This document shows positions 22,195 to 30,440 of a stretch of 30,440 nt of DNA, in pieces (the first letter of the stretch is position 1; each line of letters starts with the position of its first letter). The translations under genes were made by a program, and so were the position numbers. This stretch comes from Adineta steineri (lineage: Eukaryota): the NCBI GenBank assembly GCA_905250115.1, contig CAJNOI010000142.1:217311-247750 (forward strand), given 5' to 3'. The notes beneath the pieces are model-generated. The model did no database searches. It was not told the DNA's origin and saw only the letters and a program-made list of their open reading frames with translations.

Positions 22195-23434
22195 ATGATC
22201 TCAACTACATTTGAATGTTTACCTGTCGATGTTCTTTTTGAAATTTTTGCTTATTTATATCCAGTTAACATTGTTAAATCATTTTTACCATTGAATAAAC
22301 ATTTTTCAAGAACGATTTATTTGTGAGTATTTGTGGCACATAGATATTGGTGATAATTTGACGTCATTATCGATATTCAATGAATTGTGCCAAAATGCAC
22401 TTAAATTAATAGGAGCTCGAGTTGTTTCATTACGTCTAAGATTAAATAATGTTATTAATGGATGGTCACTTGTTTCATCATCTCTTCGATTTCATAAATC
22501 AAGATTAGTTCGACATCTTCACCTGATTGGTATTACAGCAGATGAATTTAATAAATTATTGCGTAATCATTTAATAAAAGAATTATATACTTTAACGGTC
22601 GATGAGGCAGACCCTGGTCTCCATGATCAACCAGTGTAAGGAACATATCTCGCTAAGGTAAGAAAAGGAATTTTACTTAAACCTATTAAGGAGTTGGAAA
22701 ATGTTTGTTTGATCGAAAAATCTAAAAATAAATGAGATAAATTTTTAGTTGTCATATGAAACAAAAATTTGTATATTATCACATAAAGGTTTCTGAAAGA
22801 ACAGCGTCATTAACATTGAAAAATATTTTATGCACTTTATAAGATTTAATTTTTCTATTTTTCTAATATAAGGTATGTTCACAATTGGCACAACTACAAA
22901 TATGTCAACTGCCGTTTGATTTTTTTCCTATAGAAAATGGTCGTATAGTAGAATCATCATCAGTATTAACAAGGATGATTTTACCAGATATTCCGAATAC
23001 AACTTTCCTCTATATGTTAACAGTTGGTATAAATACAATATATTTTTTAGAAGGTTTAGTGAAATGTATACCTTTCATTGTAAATCTTTCTTTTGGTATA
23101 CACGATTCGACGATTTATAATGAAGATGAATGTAATGTTATATCGTAAGTAAGATTTTCTCTTATTTGTAAAAATATAAATAAAACAAAATATTGTTAGA
23201 TTGCCTGATGCTGTTGATCGTCGTCTTCTTAGCCGTTTACCTCGTCTTAGTATGAATTGTTGGGATAAAAGAAGTTTCTATAGATCTGTTTCACTTTTAT
23301 CATCTATATTCGATCAACTTAATCATTTCTCATTAACATTAAATGTCAGTACATCAGTACCTGATCGATGGATTATATCAGGAAGTTATAGATTGAGAGT
23401 GATAAAAGGCCGACCTAGGCTAACTCTGTTATAG
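22195..23434 (+). pseudogene. F-box-like protein gene with a frameshift; segments 22195..22633, 22873..23144, 23200..23434
   Basis: MISTTFECLPVDVLFEIFAYLYPVNIVKSFLPLNKHFSRTIYL is F-box-like, then TGA. Frame is restored by removing one copy of the 10-bp tandem TATTTGTGAG/TATTTGTGGC. Intron 23145-23199 (GTAAGT/TTAG) joins in frame; intron 22634-22872 is tentative. Confidence 0.6.
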
Positions 23435-24715
23435 TACATCCAAATGAGCTATAAATTTGGATTTATTAGTTTCAAAACGTGTTCTTTCAAATGCTATGCA
23501 CCAGGCAAATCAAAAATTAATTTTTTGTCTAGTGCCTCGTATATTAGAAGGTTCCTCGATATTGTCATGGGTGTTCTCTTAAACAATTTATAATATAAAA
23601 CTATGAAGTTCAAATACTTCTTATCAACTAGACTAAATTAATTCTGTATTGCGTAGAATACCAATAAAGTAATACACTATTATAATAATCATATTAATTA
23701 ATGAGCTATGTAGGGGAAGTGAAATCTAGATTATGCTAGCTAGTCACACCCTACAACGAAGTAATATTATCTTTAAATTTGATTTTAATAAATGAATTTG
23801 TTTTGAATTCAATTTTAAAATTGATTTGATATTTCTTTGCCATCTCATGATTGTCTAGGACAAGGACAAAACGTACGTCATGGTAGCTTGACACGCCCTT
23901 ATACTTGCTTAAACATAAGAGACGACTTGTCTCATAGAATAAGTCGAAATACTACGTAGTTGAGCGAGTAAAAATATTTCAGCTAAAAGAAGCAACTACT
24001 ACTATGGTTATAACTCGACTTTTATGACTGACACTACTTTTCTGCGTATTTCGGGTTATATCCTATAGGATAAATCAAAATACTACGTGAAAAAGTATAA
24101 ATATCTCAATTGAAAATAGGGACTAATCCTGCCGGATAAGTCGACTTATCTTACAGGATAACTCGAATTCTTTGAAAAATGGAATATCTCGATAACAAGC
24201 GACATCTGTTTGTATTTATAAAAAGTTCTGTACTAGATTAATTTTTTTCTCAGTTATTGACATATTTTTAAGAGTAGTTTAATATAATAAGATGCGTTCT
24301 AATTCATGTTACCAAACAGATTCACCATGTGTGCCTCTATAACGACGTCCATATTTTCTTTTAAACGTTGCTCACGTGTTCTCTTTACGTTTGACGAAAA
24401 TGTCGCTCGGGCAGTCCAGTATCGCTACTAGCTCGAGTTTTTTCCTCATTGTGGTATCTTGACAAAGACTATCCTTATTTATTTTTTGTTATCTCTTTTC
24501 TTTCCTTTCTATAGATGGTGTAGAATATTTCATATATAAATATTTTTCTTGCATTCTGTTGTATTCACTAGGATTATTCCCTTTAGTTATATAGGAATAT
24601 TCTTTCTCTTGCGCATATTCGATCGTATATATACACGTGTATGAAGTAGCATATTCTCTAAAAAAAATATAATTTAATACCATTAAAGCTTGTATTACGA
24701 ATTAAGAAAGCCAAA

Positions 24716-27700
24716 ATGGAAGTCGTTTTCGATTCTGATGGCACTATTACCAGTGAAGATGAATCAGATATTGAAACACAACAAGAAGGTGAAGAATTGG
24801 TTGATTTCGAACGTATTCAAAAGCAAAAAGAGGACAATGGTGATATAATGACTAAATATGAACAAAAACAATTACCAGTTGCATCTAAATTAATCCTTGA
24901 AACAGATCCACATACCAATAATATTATTATTGAAGTTGATTTAAGGCTTGTTCAATATATGAAACAACATCAAATCGAGGGTATTCAATTTCTTTGGAAT
25001 CAAGTATTTAAATCAACTAGTCAAATTGCAGCTAGTATTAATCAAGAAACGAATGAAGATCGAGGAGGTTCAGGTGCTATTTTAGCTCATTGTATGGGTT
25101 TAGGTAAAACATTTACAACAATAACACTAATTCATACATTATTTTGTTATACGAAATTAACTTATATTCATCGAGCATTAATTCTTTGTCCATTAAATAC
25201 AGCTAATAATTGGAAAAATGAGTTTCAACAATGGATAGGTAAACTTGAACCACATATCAATGTTTATTTATTTACTGCTGATGATATAGCAAAAAAAGAT
25301 CGCCTTCAATTTCTTTGTCATTGGCATGAAAATGGTGGTATTATGATAATGGGTTATGAAATGTATCGTTTATTAACTAATAATGCATCTGATGCAAAAG
25401 TTAAAACTTCACGAAAAAAACAAAAATTAACTAAATACAGTGATAGAAAATGGAAAAAGAAGGCAATGAAAACTAAAGTTGAACTAGCTGATATTAAAAG
25501 ATATCAAAAATATCTCTGTTCACCCGGCCCAGATTTAATTGTTTGTGACGAAGGTCATGTGCTTAAAAATTCCAAGACCGCTATTACTCGTATGGTAAAT
25601 CAAGTACGAACATTACGTCGAATTGTATTGACTGGTACACCAGTACAAAATAATTTAAAAGAATATTATGCTATGGTCAATTTTTGTAAACCAAATTATC
25701 TTGGTAGTAAAGATGACTTTGATAAAAATTTTCGAGAACCAATCGAAGCTGGCCAACATAAAGATAGTTCACCAGATAGCGTTGCATATATGCGACGCCA
25801 AGCATATATACTTAATCAACGTTTAAAAACTATTATTCATCGACGTGATTTTGATGTACTTCGTTCATTTTTACCACCAAAATTTGAATATGCTGTCAAA
25901 ATTAAATGTATGCCATTACAAGAAGAACTCTATCGAACATATTTATCAATTCAAAATATTAATCCAACATGTCGACTAAATGTGGCTAAATTGTTCAGTG
26001 ACTATCAATATTTGATGAAAATCTGGACACATCCATGGCTTCTCAAGCCACATTTTATTGATGGTTATTATAAAAAGCGTAAAGATCAAGATCAAGTTGA
26101 AACTGATCAATTTTTCCAAGATGATTCAGATGATATTGAAGATGATGAAGAAGGATCACGAACTCAAAAACATGCTAAACAAAGATCAAAAAACAAGTTT
26201 ACGCAATCAATTACCAGTTCTACTTCTCAATCGACAATTAGTGAATATTTCTTAACTAGTGATGATGATGATGATTCAATAGTTACTGATCGAATGGACG
26301 AAGTAATGAAAGCAATGAAAAATGAATGGTGGTATGATATGTTCAATGTAGATCGATCACAATTTGATATTGAAATTTCAGGTAAATTTGAATTATTTCG
26401 AGTGATTTTAAATGAATGTGAATCAATTGGTGATAAATTATTGGTATTTACTCGAAGTCTTCTTACACTTGATTATATTGAACAATGGCTTGAGCATTGG
26501 AGTTCAAGAGCATCATCACCAAAATGGATTAAGGGCATTGATTATTTTCGTGTGGATGGAAATGTTTCAATAAAACAAAGATCAACTTATATAAAAGCTT
26601 TTAATGAACCTGAAAATACTCAAGGTCGATTATTTCTTATATCTACAATGGCTGGTGGAGTTGGTATAAATCTTTATTCAGCTAATCGTGTGATTATTTT
26701 TGATGTTAGTTGGAATCCAGCACATGATCTTCAGGCTATGTTTCGTTCATATCGATTGGGACAAAAGAAACCTGTCTATGTATATCGTATTATTGGTAAG
26801 GGTACAATGGAAGAAAAAATTTATAAACGTCAAATTACTAAGCAAGCTATGTCACAACGTGTAGTTGATGCTAAACAACTTGATCGACATTTCACGTATG
26901 ATGAACTTGCTCAACTTTATCAATTTGAACCAGATATTGGTAATGATCCATTGGATAAATATGATGCTGATAGAATTAAAGATAAAGTTTTAAGAAAATT
27001 AATGGATGAATGTAAGGATTTAATTGTATCATATCGTGAACATGATTCACTTTTGATTCATCATGATGAAGAAAATTTAACAGAGGAAGAACAAAAACAA
27101 CTACAAAATGAAGATAAACGTTCCAAATCACGATTACATGATCGTAATAGAGCACAATCATCAACCCCTTCAACTGATGATTCAGCCATTCGAAACATAC
27201 CAATACCCAGTCAAACACAAAAGTCTAAAACACGCTTGTATCCATGGGAAATTTCTAAAAACTTACGTTTACCTGCAACATATGATTCAAGTTATCATAT
27301 TCCATCAAGAAACATGTAAGTTATTCGAGATGTTTGCATTTTTTTAAAAGTTTTTGAGCAAATTATGTGAGATCATACACGACTCTTACTTTGACAAATA
27401 CTTGCATGTTCATGTAAGATATATGATTCGCATTCACCTAGGATAAAGAAAATACCTGAAATGAGACACTCCCGAGTAGGCTATCATATTTATCACGAAA
27501 AAAGAACCGCATGCTGATCTCTCGATTAGCATGGATGAATGCCAATCTTTTGACGATACTATGTCAAACCTGTTGTCATTCACTAACTACGGTCAAAACA
27601 TTTGTAAAATTTTCAGAACATATATCGAGCTCGAAATGACCTTATTTACTATTTTAAGATAAAGATTGATATCTTTTATTTTTAGCTCATTAGAATCATC

Positions 27701-28238
27701 AAAGAATCCACAATCTTCTACCATCAGTAGTTTAACAACAGGATCTAAAATACAATCAACAATTACACCTTCGCTTTATATTAATCCAATAACACATATT
27801 CGTACCGGTTTACATAACTATAAACCAAATGAAATAAAAAGTAAATTAACATCAACGAAATTCAATCATTTATCTGGAATTAATAATCGACCTTCATTAA
27901 TGTCTACAGAATGGTGTACTACGACCGATAGAAATAATCAGCGACATAATAATAATGATAAATTTAATACGGTGAATACATCAAGAATGAATTTACAAAG
28001 TACAGATTCATTTGTACAAAAAAGAATTGCCACTCTTGCTAGTAATAGCAGTAGTTCATTTTCATCGACAACAAATACATCAAAATCAACGTTAACAAAA
28101 CCCAATGCATCATCAAAACTAACTGGAAATGTACTCAATAATAAAGAAAAATCAATGTTAGTTATATCAGGTATGGAAAATATTTCGTTAATATGTGTAC
28201 GAACTCAAGAAGCAAAACCCAGTCGATCAATTCGATAG
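24716..28238 (+). CDS. SNF2-family ATPase, ATRX/ARIP4(RAD54L2)-like; join 24716..27315, 27686..28238
   Basis: GAILAHCMGLGKTFTTI (Walker A), DLIVCDEGH (DEGH box), RRIVLTGTPVQNNLKEYYAMV, FLISTMAGGVGINLYSANRVIIFDVSWNPAHDLQAMFRSYRLGQ. Intron 27316-27685 (GTAAGT...TTTTTAG) joins in frame as SRN-I-SLESS. Confidence 0.88.
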
Positions 28239-28541
28239 TTGTTTCTTATCAGAATCTGTGGAACGAAATTGCATCGGAATTCGTAGTGTTCGCATCCGAT
28301 CGAATCTTCTAACAGATTCGATAGTATCCGAAGATCGTAATCTAGTACTGATTAAATGAAAACTAATAATATTTATAGTAATTAAGATTGACCTGACGGA
28401 ATCCGATGTGATTCGATCCTATAAAATTCCGTCCGCTAGTTGGATCTTACAAGATTCTATGAGATCCGATGTCGGATTGATGGACCTGGGAAGATTATTA
28501 GAGTTCGATTATTCATACACTAGTTTTTAATAAAGGTTTAG

Positions 28542-28631
28542 GCCAGTCAATAACTGATACTCGTCAAGTTAAAGCCTCACCAACAACTAAAGCAATGAAC
28601 TCAACAAATTCTACATTTATCATTAAAAAGA
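28542..28631 (+). CDS. Candidate exon upstream of the MCM10-like C-terminus
   Basis: Open frame QSITDTRQVKASPTTKAMNSTNSTFIIKK, acceptor TTTAG|GC, donor A|GTAAAT; joins in frame to 28680 through a 48-bp intron. Confidence 0.5.
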
Positions 28632-28679
28632 GTAAATGCTTTTAGAATGATAGATTTTAATTGAATTTCTTTTTTTTAG

Positions 28680-29395
28680 CATCTTCTCCAATACAACTTA
28701 TTGATTTAACAAAACCCACTAATGCAAATAATGATGCTAAAGAACGTGCAATTAATATACTTAAACAACGTCTTGCTGAAAAACATATTACACCAATTAA
28801 AGGTCAATCATTAGTATCTATGGATACAACATCTTCTCGTAAACGACTATATACTGATTCAGATTCAAATCTCGTATCAAAACGTCTCAAAATATCAAAT
28901 AATAATAATAATGATTCAGTTGATAAAAAACGTTTTACTGATATAATGAATAAGAAATCATCTTATGATGATTTATATAGCCCAATGACATTGGATGAAA
29001 TCTTTGAATGTCATAAGAAAAAAGAAAATATCGAAGAGAAACTTCTTCACATCATGGAACGCGATATAAAAGTGGTTATTTGTCAATTATGTCATTATAC
29101 AGCGTATAAACAATCAATATTATGTAAACAGAGGCAACATTCCGCGAAAGTGTATGAACTAAAGCAAAATTTTTTTGAATGTATTGAATGCCATAAACGC
29201 GTGTTTACTTCGTCACAATATCCAGTTGCAAAGTGTAGAAATTGTCATAGTTCTAAAGGTTTTCGTCGTACAGCACTAATTCGTAAACGTCATGGAGTAA
29301 AATTTGAAGATGAAATTTTATTATTACGTAGTGAAGAAGAAAATTTTCTTAATTCATTTATGAGTTATGAAAAACTATCCAGTGTTATCAATTAA
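28680..29395 (+). CDS. MCM10 C-terminal-domain-like protein (fragment)
   Basis: DIKVVICQLCHYTAYKQSILCKQRQHSAKVYELKQNFFECIECHKRVFTSSQYPVAKCRNCHSSKGFRRTALIRKRHGVKFEDEILLLRSEEENFLNSF parallels the MCM10 C-terminal zinc region and its ETLLPRGEEHAKFLNSL-like end. The MCM10 OB-fold core was not found upstream. Confidence 0.7.
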
Positions 29396-29759
29396 TTAAG
29401 ATTCCACTAACTTTTTTATCTATTCTTTATACCAGATGATCATATATTAAAAAAAATCTTTTTGTCATTTGTCTGTTTCATATATATATTTTTTTTTTCT
29501 TTTGGACTCAATTGCGCGAGTAGCCATTGTCAATTAGACAAATTGTTTCCTACAAATCAGCATCGGGCTTACATTAAGATAATAAAGTGGTTATATAAAC
29601 AAAAACCATTAACAATATACAGTGGTGGCAAAATGTTCCGTGAAACTTGAAAATCGTTCTGTATAACTTTGTGTTTAGTATGACTCAAATTTTATTCGCA
29701 TGTTTGGCACAGTTATCAGTAGACCTTTACTTTTTTATTATAAAAACAAAAAACAACTA

Positions 29760-29805
29760 GGGTGTGGGTGTGGAATCGATCTTATGCTCTCCCACCCTCA
29801 CCCTC
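29760..29805. repeat. Short GTGTGG/CCACCC fold-back element
   Basis: GGGTGTGGGTGTGGaatcgatcttatgctctCCCACCCTCACCCTC. Confidence 0.65.
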
Positions 29806-30440
29806 TCTTTCATTGTCAGGCTGTTGTAAAATAGTGCCATAAATATAGTTTTTTGAGAACGATTTAGGTGAACCAGTCCATATATTAATACGAGAATATA
29901 CAAACTATCATTGTGTTTTAATGGTAAATTCAATGTAATATATTATCACTGTGATCTCCTTGAAATCTAAGAAAAACAAAATATATCGATGTATGATTTT
30001 TTATGAAATATTATATACATTTCCAATGTTATTCAATAACTAAAGCAAAATCAATGTGAAAATTATCTGATTTAGCATTTGTTCAAAACTTTGTATGACA
30101 TTATCCTCATTGTTGCCATAGTAATTTTTTCTTTTAAAAAAATGGCGTCATGTTCATTATATTAAAATTGAACTGAAAATTTGTAGATTGAATATTGAAT
30201 ATTTGATATAATAAATCTAGTCAAAAAGCTTAATAAGAAATACACAGATGTCACTAATGAATATATATATCTTCTGATGATTGGTATATTTAGTCGTATA
30301 ATTTTACAGCAGGAAGAAAACAAAAGAAAAAGGCAAAAGTATTTTTTTTCTCACATTTTCTAACTATTATCAAAGTGGAAGAATTTAATAAAATATAAAG
30401 GGTGTCCCAGAAGTTCTGAGGAAATTTAAAAATTTATTGT

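Noticed and set aside
446-29805. CRISPR-like interpretation of the dispersed repeats
   Set aside because: Repeats are simple-sequence, irregularly spaced over 30 kb, paired as inverted arms, and in a eukaryotic spliced-gene context with no cas-like ORFs.

Overview
This is a eukaryotic window with small spliced genes and 44-60 bp introns in an AT-rich background. Gene content and abundant (GTGTGG)n-type tracts suggest a bdelloid-rotifer-like genome; that assignment is inference. Supported loci: a minus-strand multi-exon gene ending in a trypsin-like protease domain with a DDDGNT repeat (about 1603-5678); a TDP2-like phosphodiesterase (11608-12600, -); a B-box/coiled-coil protein (13769-14395, -); the C-terminal half of a fungal-type amino-acid permease (15451-16355, -); a secreted PAN/Apple + NHL-propeller protein (18530-20081, +); a frameshifted F-box-like gene (22195-23434, +); an ATRX/ARIP4-like SNF2 ATPase (24716-28238, +); and an MCM10 C-terminal-like fragment (28542-29395, +). 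The most unusual signal is a family of about 14 short fold-back elements. Each has a G-rich arm CTTGAGGGTGTGGG(TGTGGG)n, a short spacer and a C-rich arm (CCCACA)nCCCTCAAG. They lie in introns and next to apparent gene truncation points. Two copies share a 31-nt spacer core, which suggests a dispersed family. Other structure: an 825 bp TIR element with a diverged second copy, a 202 bp long-arm fold-back element, and 122 bp, 74 bp and 18 bp tandem repeats. All splice junctions were derived by eye from GT/AG sites and reading frame; none is confirmed by transcripts.
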